A DNA stretch of 64,000 nt, taken from NCBI GenBank assembly GCA_040954595.2, contig CM082576.2, forward strand, positions 4,686,760 through 4,750,759, read 5' to 3'. Origin of the DNA: Balanoglossus misakiensis. Lineage: Eukaryota > Animalia > Hemichordata. This document shows, piece after piece, positions 40,412 through 51,835 of this stretch. Each line of letters opens with the position of its first letter. Position 1 is the first letter of the stretch. The position numbers and the translations under genes were made by a program. The notes under the pieces are model-generated. The model made no database searches. It saw nothing but the letters and a program-made list of their open reading frames with translations, and was not told where the DNA came from.

Positions 40412-42520
40412 TTAGTGCTGATGCATGTTGTGAAAGTAGAAAGGGGTATAGTCAGTTGATACAGCCACGGAGTTATACTGAAGGAGGCCGCTCGCAGCTA
40501 ACTCTTGCTTTCAGAAAATCCGAACAATGCTTTCAAAAATTACTGCGCATTATGGTGCATTTTTACGTGACCGACGGGGTTTTTGCTTCGTCACGATAAT
40601 TAAGTTTATTGTCTGGCTGACATTCTTGCGGAAAAAACCTTTGTCGGCAGTAAATTGAATAAAATTTGAAAATTTCAAGGCTCGTAATTTTTCTTCATTT
40701 TACACGCCGTCGTAATAGTTGACGTCACTCTTCTGAATTCAGTCTCAAAACGCTGTCATTGCTTTTGTCGTAAGAAGAAAATTTATGATGGATAAATTTC
40801 CCCGAGTTAGGAACCTATACGTCAAAACGTCATGTCAGCCTAAATTTCGTGGAATTATGATGGTGATGTGCGATGCGACAATTGTGTGGTTTAATGACTG
40901 TCTCCATTAAGCATGCTGCCGATTATTGTGACAATGGGGTCAACATTGTGACATTTGAGAATTCTTTGTTCAAATGTATAATAGTCCGCCTGATTATTTC
41001 ATTATTTTTTCATTATTAGTGCGATTGCAAAGAAACGAAGTGTGCCTATTTAATATATCTCTCAAATATTTACACGAAGTGCTTCACTTCAGGGCAAAGC
41101 TGAGTGTACAAAGCGAGGCCCTACTGATTGAAAGGCTTAGTCTACTGCTTATTTCAAGATTCACGAAAATATCATTACAGGTTCTCTGTGACTACTAGTA
41201 TTCCTCGGGAGGCAAATGTCAAAGACGATGTAACGGCTAGCTCACAGAACGGATGGGACATCTTTCTCGTCGAAAGCTCGAAAATAAATACAACTTTCAA
41301 AGAAACTGATCGCTCTTTGGAGAATACAATGTGAAATTTAATCTTTGGAATTCGGAACGTTTACTCATTAGTTTTAAATGTCATATCACTCATAATTGTG
41401 TATTGGCAATTTTTTTCAAGTTTCGTTCAGTGTACGTTAAAAGGATTTACCTTCGACATTATGGAAAGGAGGTTATGCATCGGATGTTTCGTCTTCAAAC
41501 TCAGACACGAGTATAAAAGAATTATCACTCGTCCAGGATGTGTAACTTATTTGCAAGTCTTAGCTGCAGAATCGAGCTGGATTGAGTGTGCTATATGTTA
41601 AAGATATGGTATACTGTTTTCTGCAATAATAATTATCCGTGAATCCATTCTTGGTTACTTTGCGGAACCTAACATATTAACATTTTTTTTGGCTTGTAGT
41701 TTTTCAATAAACGTTTCAGAAGTGACAATCGGTGACTTCAATTAGTTTCGAGCTCTAACCCGAATAAATTGGCCACAGACAGCGTGGAAACTTGTGATCT
41801 AGCCAATACTACAATATAATTTGGATGCCACGTGAAGTAGAGTGTGCCACCACACGGCCATGAGAATATTGAGACACGCCCCTTTTTACCCACAAACGGG
41901 CCGTTACTGAGGGATGAAAGTGAAGATATCTTGATGGACAACGTAAACAGCATCATGACAATTGCCCAGTTTGTAACCAGTACTTTCGTTTCCCTGACTA
42001 CTGACAAGTGTATATTTTGCGCAGAGAGCGAATAGTTGTTAGCCATTATAGCTCCTTTTAGGTCGGTTTTATCAACTTTAATGTTCCAACAATTATTTCT
42101 TATTGACTTGAAATGAAGTATCTTTGCATGGTACAGCTGCCTCGTGTTCCGCCGTAGATACAGTAAAATAGGGATTTGGAGATTTCCGGGAAATGTCATG
42201 CGTGATATCCCCTGTGCGATTAGCAGCGATTGAAAGCCTATTTTCGGCATTCGTTTTCTTCGAGGAAATACCATAATACCGCAGATGTTTACTATCCATT
42301 AAGATAAACACGTCATTTTGTCACGATTTGAGTTTTGATGCCTTGTCGTGATATGTTATTTTATCTCGCGCGAGACGTTGTGCTGTGTGTTTGTTTGTTA
42401 TACGCCGATGCCTGAATACGCTGATGGCTATGATGAACAATGAAAACAGATATGAGACCTATCCATGACTTGGAATTGAGAAGTTGTATGTAACAGATCT
42501 GTTTTGAAGATACTTGGTCA

Positions 42521-42600
42521 TTTTAGCTCTGACACATGTGTTCACACACGTGAGCTCATACTGATGTCTGTCTGTCTGTCTGTCTGTCAACACGACGTGT
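42521..42600 (+). mobile_element. Possible terminal fragment of a Helentron-derived non-autonomous element (HINE/DINE-like)
   Basis: T-run plus AGCTC...GAGCT inverted motif, enclosing the ACACATGTGT and CACGTG palindromes and followed by (GTCT)5-6. This is the usual layout of such element ends, but no matching other end was found. Confidence 0.35.
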
Positions 42601-45600
42601 CATATGTACTGTACTTACAGACACTGAGCTGTTTATGGCCAAATAACAGGAAATTTGTATAAGTGACATATTTCTAAAAATACTGCACTTAATTTCCTTA
42701 ACAATATCTTCGCGTGAATATTCAGGTCGTATCAGGATTAAGCTTGGCTCACCGCTGGCAAAAAGCTGAGATATATACTTAGCGAAAATATAAGGTTCAT
42801 GACCGAAATCTAGGCTAACGATTTGACAAAGAGCAAACGATATTTTTAACAAGCTACTTTACACATGTTCTCCTTTGGATCATACCGGCTCGTTTGGCTC
42901 ACAGCAAACTATCCCATTCTGAACAGAAGTGTTTGTCGTATACACGGATTAAATTTCTGTAGTGTTGATCACCATTCACTATAGAGTGCCAAAGAAATCT
43001 AAGGCTACCTCACATGCCTTACAACGCATTTCAAATTTCATACGATACGCTTTGTTTCTAACACTAGCGCGACTCGGTCAACCGTGACTTAAAAATCGGT
43101 CGCTAATTCATTTTCGTCTCAAGTCAAAATATTTTCATAACAGGGAACCGTTTCGGGATAATCATTTCTGGATTCTTTGATATTGGTGACATGATGCTTT
43201 CAAATCTCTAAAATAACTCGCCTGTTTACCAAACATTGTAATATTTCCGTTTATTTCTAATTTCGGCCTATATAGGCTGGGACTCATACTAATCCGAGCT
43301 TAATTCACCGTACACTTTTTAATCATTTATATTTCTGCTACTATTTATCACTTAAGAAGCCGCTGCTATACGGTTGCCGGATCTCCCGTCAGAGGGCCTT
43401 GTTGACATTTGCATTAAACCCCGTGTTCATCCGTTTCCTCCACTGAAATATTTACCAGGTGAGTCAATTTTCAGATAAAAAACATGACAAATACACGGGT
43501 CTAGTGAGACTATACCGCGTGGTTAATTAACCTCGGGGGTTTCGTCTCATACGACACACTGGTCAGGTTTGCCTGTAATAGTGTGAAGGTAAATTGGAAT
43601 TAACCGGTTTGAATTTGCGCAATCCCCTGGTGGTGAAAATGAAATTGTCTTTCCTTTGGCGTCACACGAAAACAAGCTTAAGGTAAATCTTTACTTTTCT
43701 GTCGCTTGTGCGGAGGATTACTGCGGATCTAACCTTCCTTCCGAAAATTGCAAATTATATTGTAGCCCATTTAGAACTGTTTAGGCTAATTGATATTGTT
43801 GAAATGTGGTGAAAATCTCCAAGATTATTCAACTCTAAGTCTAACTCGATATATTTTCTTCATTTATTTGGCAAGCTTACCGCCAACTTTTCAATCTAAC
43901 ACATGATACAATCCTTGAACGGCGTCAACATGTGGCATGGGCGACTGTTTCGATAAAAAGCAACAGTGTTATAAATCTGGGCTGGATTGATCGATCTGGC
44001 ACAGTCGGGTTTTCCCGAGATGCTCAGCGTCCTTTCAATGTTACACGCAATGCCTATAAATGTTCAGACGCACGGGAAACCAATCGGTAACTACGACGGG
44101 CAATCATAATGAAAGTACAAATGTAAATCACTTGTCATATTGACTGGGCCAGGGTAAAATCAATGTCTGATAAACATTGTGAGTGGTTTTCGAGATTTTG
44201 TTCACATGTCGACAATATCCAATTATCCAGAATGATTTCCAGTCGCGTATTGCATATCACCAAAGAGAATACATGTGTACCTATGTCCTTTGAATGCCAA
44301 GTAATATCGAACCATGCGCAGTCGGTACATTTTTACGGTAACAATCTAAATTTCCTTAGTTGGCTTCACTGTGTCACCAAGGAATATAAAAGCACAGAAA
44401 AAGTTTTATATTTGTTAATGGGGAACACTGGCGACACGAGACACGTGAACGATAATGCTATTCCCGCCTTCAGACCGATGGCACTGACGTCATCAGCTTT
44501 GTTTCGTCGTGAGACAGAAAGGGCATGTTAGTGATTTCAAAACAACGAGCCGCCTGCGCATGACTCCCGTTATCTATAATTCACCAAATTTAGAAAGTCG
44601 TTTTATTTAACCAGGTATCTGAAAATGCCAAGACCCGAAATAAAGTACGTAGCCTGGCAGAAATAAATGAGACGAAACTTGCGCGGTACGTGTAGGTGGC
44701 ATTCATCGGCGTGTAGAATTCAATGGCGTTTTACACAAAAACGAGACCTTCCCTGAAGAAAGTTTCAAATTCGATATAAAACTTGATCCGCTTTCTTAAG
44801 TTCTCTCGGCTGCCTTGTATTTTTGCAGATCACGACGCCAGTGAGCAGACAAAGGCCGTGGCTCCGGTGAGGGATTGAAGAACAGCAAACGTCTCAGTCT
44901 CTCTTGTTCTTGTATTATCACGCAAAAATCTTCGCCAAGTTGTCTTTCGGTTTACAATAACACAGGAAGAGCCCGTCGTTTCCATAGAGATGAAATCCGA
45001 CAGGGATGGCCTGGGGACGGCGGAACACCGTACAACCACGACCAACCCGTGAGATCGTGCTGTCTTTCTGTTCACTAACTTTAACGGTGGTACGCCGCTT
45101 TTCCCGAGATTTAGTGCTACAGCAGGTGGTCCGCGGATGTTTCTGCAGACGACATAACACTGCTTCTGAGGAAAAAGTCGTTCGTTCCGAGAAGCAGACC
45201 TCTTTTCCGAGGTCTTTGTCCCGCAGATCTGCAGCTGAGGCACACATAGCAGAAATCAGAGAAATGCGTGTCTGCCAGTGTTTGGACATCACGGATATCC
45301 AATTAAAGCTTATCTCGTTACCACACTCCCGTATCACATGCGAGGAAATGTGAAATGTATCATTTCCCTCGGCAGCGATGCAGTAAAACACACGTACTCT
45401 CCAGAGGGCAGTGCGACTGACACGTTCTCCCCACAAAGAAGTTAAGAAATTAAACCTAACCCGGCTGTGTTACTGATTTCAGTCATCTAGTTCATTATAT
45501 CCTTGTCACATTAGTTATAAGTCCATCAACTTCTATGCTGTGAGAATTATGGACACCTCACTCCCTGACATCATGGTGTTGTGTGAATTTCCGTCTTTCT

Positions 45601-45916
45601 CCAAATTCTGTTGTGTGAATTATTCAATCATCGCAAGATATACTGGCAGACGATATTAGATGAATTTTGTCCTAAACTCCCCGATATGCCGGCGGGATTA
45701 ACGGGTGGTAACTAGGCAACGTGAACGAATGCAATTACAGTGTTACGCGCTTACATCATTCTTCAAAGAAACATTCCATCTTTCTATCATGGTCTCTCGA
45801 GGCACTGGCATGTACAGATTTATGCTGATATAAAGGCATTATTTACGACCTAGGGTTGGAGGAAGTAAAGGGGGTTTCACTAAACTATTTTATCTGTTTA
45901 ATACTAAAGAACTACC

Positions 45917-45919
<3 letters not shown>

Positions 45920-45995
<76 letters not shown>

Positions 45996-46198
45996 TGTGT
46001 GTGGGTGTGTGTGTGTGTGGGTGTGTGTGTGTGTGTGGGTGTGTGTGTGTGTGTGTGTGTGTGGGTGTGTGTGTGTGGGTGTGTGTGGGTGTGTGGGTGT
46101 GTGTGTGTGTGTGTGGGTGTGGGTGTGTGTGTGTGTGTGTGTGTGGGTGTGTGTGTGTGGGTGTGTGTATGTGTGTGTGGGTGTGTGTGTGGGTGTGT

Positions 46199-46253
<55 letters not shown>

Positions 46254-46462
46254 TGTGGGTGTGTGTGGGTGTGGGTGTGTGTGTGTGTGTGTGTGTGTGT
46301 GTTGGTGTGTGTGTGTGTGGGTGTGTGTGTGTGTGGGTGTGTGTGTGTGGGTGTGTGGGTGTGTGTGTGGGTGTGTGTGTGTGTGTGTGGGTGTGTGTGT
46401 GTGTGTGTGTGTGGGTGTGGGTGTGTGTGTGTGTGTGTGGGTGTGTGTGTGTGTGTGTGTGT

Positions 46463-46505
<43 letters not shown>

Positions 46506-46514
46506 TGTGTGTGG

Positions 46515-46545
<31 letters not shown>

Positions 46546-46868
46546 GGTGGGTGTGTGGGTGTGGGTGTGTGTGTGTGTGGGTGTGTGTGTGTGTGGGTGT
46601 GTGGGTGTGTGTGTGTGTGGGTGTGTGTGTGTGTGTGTGGGTGTGGGGGTGTGGGTGTGGGTGTGGGTGTGGGTGTGTGTGTGTGTGTGTGTGTGGGTGT
46701 GGGTGTGTGTGTCTGTGTGTGTGTGGGTGTGTGTGTGTGTGTGTGGGTGTGTGTGTGGGTGTGTGGGTGTGTGTGTGTGTGTATGTGGGTGTGTGTGTGT
46801 GTGTGTGTGGGGGTGTGTGTGTGTGTGTGTGTGGGTGTGTGTATGTGTGTGTGGGTGTGTGTGTGTGT

Positions 46869-46937
<69 letters not shown>

Positions 46938-46944
46938 TGGGTGT

Positions 46945-47007
<63 letters not shown>

Positions 47008-47033
47008 GTGTGTGTGTGTGTGTGTGGGTGTGT

Positions 47034-47088
<55 letters not shown>

Positions 47089-47153
47089 TGTGGGTGTGTG
47101 TGGGTGTGGGTGTGTGTGTGTGTGTGTGTGTGTGTGTTGGTGTGTGTGTGTGT

Positions 47154-47202
<49 letters not shown>

Positions 47203-47712
47203 TGTGGGTGTGTGTGTGGGTGTGTGTGTGTGGGTGTGGGTGTGTGTGTGTGTGTGTGGGTGTGGGTGTGTGTGTGGGTGTGTGGGTGTGTGGGTGTGTG
47301 TGTGTGGGTGTGGGTGTGTGTGTGTGGGTGTGTGGGGGTGTGTGTGTGGGTGTGTGTGTGGGTGTGTGTGTGTGTGGGGTGTGGGTGTGTGGGTGTGGGT
47401 GTGTGTGGGTGTGTGGGTGTGTGGGGGGTGTGTGTGTGGGTGTGTGTGTGTGTGGGTGTGTGTGTGTGTGGGTGTGTGTGTGGGTGTGTGGGTGGGTGTG
47501 TGGGTGTGTGGGTGTGTGGGTGTGGGGTGTGTGTGTGTGGGTGTGTGTGTGGGTGTGTGGGTGTGTGTGTGGGTGTGTGTGTGTGTGTGGGTGTGTGGGT
47601 GTGTGTGTGTGTGTGGGGGGGTGTGTGTGTGTGGGTGTGTGTGTGGGTGTGTGTGTGTGGGTGTGTGTGGGTGTGGGTGTGTGGGTGTGGGTGTGTGGGT
47701 GTGTGGGTGTGT

Positions 47713-47747
<35 letters not shown>

Positions 47748-47867
47748 TGTGTGGATGTGTGTGTGTGTGTGTGTGTGTGGGTGTGTGTGTGTGTGGGTGT
47801 GTGTGTGTGTGGGTGTGTGGGTGTGTGTGTGTGGGTGTGGGTGTGTGTGTGTGTGTGGGTGTGTGGG

Positions 47868-47902
<35 letters not shown>

Positions 47903-48007
47903 TGTGTGTGTATGTGTGTGTGTGGGTGTGTGTATGTGTGTGTGTGTGGGTGTGTGTGTGTGTGTGGGTGGGTGGGTGTGTGTGTGTGTGTGGGTGTGTG
48001 GGTGTGT

Positions 48008-48102
<95 letters not shown>

Positions 48103-48347
48103 TGTGTGTGGGTGTGTGTGTGTGGGTGTGTGTGTGGGTGTGTGTGTATGTGTGTGTGGGTGTGTGGGTGGGTGTGTGTGTGGGTGTGTGGGTGTGCGTG
48201 TGTGGGTGTGTGTGTGTGTGTGTGTTGGTGTGTGGGTGTGTGTGTGTGTGTGTGGGTGTGTGTGTGTGTGTGGGTGTGGGTGTGTGTGTGTGGGTGTGTG
48301 TGTGTGTGTGGGTGTGGGTGTGGGTGTGTGGGTGTGGGTGTGTGGGT

Positions 48348-48390
<43 letters not shown>

Positions 48391-48393
48391 TGT

Positions 48394-48436
<43 letters not shown>

Positions 48437-48537
48437 TGTGTGTGTGTGTGGGTGTGTGTGTGTGTGTGTGTGGGTGTGGGTGTGGGTGTGTGTGGGTGCG
48501 TGTGTGTGTGTGTGTGGGTGTGTGTGTGTGGGTGTGT

Positions 48538-48580
<43 letters not shown>

Positions 48581-48630
48581 GGGTGTGTGTGTGGGTGTGG
48601 GTGTGTGTGTGTGTGTGGGTGTGTGTGTGG

Positions 48631-48661
<31 letters not shown>

Positions 48662-48818
48662 GGTGTGTGTGTGTGTGGGTGTGGGTGTGTGTGTGTGTGT
48701 GGGTGTGTGTGTGTGGGTGTGTGGGTGTGTGTGTGTGTGGGTGTGTGTGTGTGTGTGTGTGGGTGTGGGGGTGTGGGTGTGGGTGTGGGTGTGGGTGTGT
48801 GTGTGTGGGTGTGTGGGT

Positions 48819-48855
<37 letters not shown>

Positions 48856-49062
48856 TGTGTGTGTGGGTGTGTGTGGGTGTGTGGGTGTGTGTGTGTGGGT
48901 GTGGGTGTGTGTGGGTGTGTGGGTGTGGGTGTGTGTGTGGGTGCGGGTGTGTGTGTGTGTGGGTGTGGGTGTGGGTGTGGGTGTGGGTGTGTGGGTGTGT
49001 GTGTGGGTGTGTGTGTGTGTGTGTGTGGGTGTGTGTGTGGGTGTGTGTGTGTGTGGGTGTGT

Positions 49063-49097
<35 letters not shown>

Positions 49098-49160
49098 GGG
49101 GGGTGTGGGTGTGTGTGGGTGTGTGTGTGGGTGTGTGGGTGTGTGTGTGTGTGGGTGTGT

Positions 49161-49201
<41 letters not shown>

Positions 49202-50143
49202 GGTGTGTGGGTGTGTGGGTGTGTGGGTGTGTGTGTGGGTGTGTGTGTGGGTGTGTGTGTGTGTGGGTGTGTGTGTGGGTGTGTGTGTGGGTGTGGGTGT
49301 GGGTGTGGGTGTGTGTGTGGGTGTGGGTGTGTGTGTGGGTGTGTGGGTGTGTGTGTGTGGGGGGGTGTGGGTGTGTGTGTGTGGGTGTGGGGGTGTGGGT
49401 GTGTGTGTGTGTGTGTGTGTGTGTTTGTGGGTGTGTGTGGGTGTGTGGGTGTGTGGGTGTGTGTGTGTGTGTGTGGGTGTGGGTGGGTGTGTGGGTGTGT
49501 GTGTGGGTGTGTGTGTGTGTGGGTGTGTGGATGTGTGTGTGGGTGTGTGTGTGGGTGTGTGTGTGTGGGTGTGTGTGGGGGTGTGTGTGTGGGTGTGTGT
49601 GTGGGTGTGTGGGTGTGTGTATGTGTGTGTGTGTGTGGGTGTGTGGGTGTGTGGGTGTGGGTGTGTGTGTGTGGGTGTGTGTGTGTGGGTGTGTGTGTGG
49701 GTGTGTGTGTGGGTGTGGGTGTGGGTGTGGGTGTGTGTGTGGGTGTGGGTGTGTGTGTGGGTGTGTGGGTGTGTGTGTGGGGGGGGGGTGTGGGTGTGTG
49801 TGTGTGGGTGTGGGGGTGTGGGTGTGTGTGTGTGTGTGTGTTTGTGGGTGTGTGTGGGTGTGTGGGTGTGTGGGTGTGTGTGTGTGTGTGTGGGTGTGGG
49901 TGGGTGTGTGGGTGTGTGTGTGGGTGTGTGGGTGTGTGGGTGTGGGTGTGTGTGTGTGTGGGTGTGTGTGTGTGGGTGTGGGTGTGGGTGTGTGGGTGTG
50001 TGTGTGGGTGTGTGTGGGTGTGTGGGTGTGTGTGTGGGTGTGTGTGTGGGTGTGTGGGTGTGGGTGTGGGTGTGTGGGTGTGTGTGGGTGTGTGGGTGTG
50101 TGTGGGTGTGGGTGTGTGTGTGTGTGGGTGTGGGTGTGTGTGT

Positions 50144-50226
<83 letters not shown>

Positions 50227-50525
50227 TGTGTGGGTGTGTGTGGGTGTGTGTGTGTGTGTGTGGGTGTGTGTGTGTGTGTGTGTGGGTGTGGGTGTGGGTG
50301 TGTGGGTGTGTGTGTGTGTATGTGGGTGTGTGTGTGTGTATGTGTGTGTGTGGGGGGGTGTGTGTGTGGGTGGGTGTGTGTGTGTGTGTGTGTATGTGTT
50401 TGTGTGTTTGTGGGTGTGTGTGTGTGTGTGGGTGTGGGTGTGTGTGTGTGTGTGGGTGTGTGTGTGTGTGTGTGTGGGTGTGCGTGTGGGTGTGTGTGTG
50501 TGTGGGTGTGTGGGTGTGGGTGTGT

Positions 50526-50574
<49 letters not shown>

Positions 50575-50705
50575 TGTGTGTGGGTGTGTGTGTGTGGGTG
50601 TGTGGGTGTGGGTGTGGGTGTGTGTGTGTGGGTGTGTGTGGGTGTGTGGGTGTGTGTGTGTGTGTGGGTGTGTGGGTGTGTGTGTGTGTGTGTGTGTGTG
50701 GGTGT

Positions 50706-50749
<44 letters not shown>

Positions 50750-51309
50750 GTGTGTGTGTGGGTGTGTGTGTGTGTGTGTGTGTGGGTGTGTGTGTGGGTG
50801 TGTGTGTGGGTGTGTGTGTGTGTGTGTGGGTGGGCGTGTGGGTGTGGGTGTGTGGGTGTGTGGGTGTGTGTGTGTGTGTGTGTGTGGGTGTGTGTGTATG
50901 TGTGTGTGTGTGTGGGTGTGGGTGTGTGTGTGTGGGTGTGTGTGTGTGTGTGTGGGTGTGGGTGTGTGTGGGTGTGTGGGTGTGGGTGTGTGTGTGTGTG
51001 GGTGTGGGTGTGTGGGTGTGTGTGTGTGTGTGTGTGGGTGTGGGTGTGGGTGTGTGGGTGTGTGTGTGGGTGTGGGTGTGTGTGTGTGTGGGTGTGTGTG
51101 TGTGTGTGGGTGTGTGGGTGTGTGTGGGTGTGTGTGTGTGTGGGTGTGTGGGTGTGTGTGTGGGTGTGTGTGTGTGTGTGTGGGTGTGTGTGTGTGTGTA
51201 GGTGTGTGTGTGGGTGTGGATTTGGGTGTGGGTGTGTGTGTGTGTGTGTGTGTGTTTGTGTGTGTGTGTGGGTGGGTGGGTGTGTGTGGGTGTGTGTGTG
51301 TGTGTGTGT

Positions 51310-51374
<65 letters not shown>

Positions 51375-51377
51375 CGC
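45920..51377. repeat. 5.4-kb complex (GT)n microsatellite with frequent T>G (GGG) interruptions, ending in (GC)6
   Basis: Almost only G/T on the + strand. Pure (GT)n at both edges, a GGGTGT-rich core, and GCGCGCGCGCGC at 51366-51377. Confidence 0.99.
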
Positions 51378-51821
51378 AAAAGACATTTATCAGGTGAACG
51401 AAGATGTGTAATGAAATTCCGGGAACTGCATGGGGCTCTTTTACATGTAAGGAGAGTAAGTCTCTTATGGCGAAAAGTATCCCCTATAGAGTATTGATTT
51501 ACGGTGCGTATCTCAGGAAGACGCTGAAGTATGCAAATATGAAAAAGTTGAAAAATAACTAAAGCAGATCTAGATTTCGTCGATCAAGAATACAACGGCT
51601 TTTTATGATAAATGACTTGCTAGCGTACATCTAGTTCTCTGTCGTTTAGAACACACCATTAGAGAAGAGACAGAAATAAACCCGGCTATTTCAATTTCTG
51701 GCGAAAGGTGATGCACAGCATTCGCCGCTGAAATAGAAATTGATCCTCATTCTTGTGAACGGCTAATAATAACGGCGCGGCCTCCACTACAAATAACGAA
51801 GATGTAACATAGCTCGCCGCG

Positions 51822-51835
51822 GTTACCATGGTAAC
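51822..51835. promoter_or_regulatory. Perfect palindromic RFX X-box-type site
   Basis: GTTACCATGGTAAC in a CpG-rich patch ~5 kb upstream of nidogen. Function untested. Confidence 0.35.

Noticed and set aside
41738-42274. 178-aa minus-strand ORF
   Set aside because: No recognisable domain, composition like intergenic DNA, and no supporting exon structure.
44830-45436. GC-richer patch with overlapping 115-172 aa ORFs on both strands
   Set aside because: No motif recognised in any frame. It could be regulatory or a lncRNA exon, but cannot be supported as a CDS.
45920-51377. True interstitial telomere or yeast contamination
   Set aside because: No TTAGGG. The GT runs are much longer than in yeast telomeres, TGG units are essentially absent, and the flanks are continuous with animal-type sequence.
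45856-51497. 1800-aa Cys/Val- or His/Thr-rich ORFs
   Set aside because: These are translations of (GT)n/(AC)n, which cannot contain stop codons. They are open in most frames on both strands.
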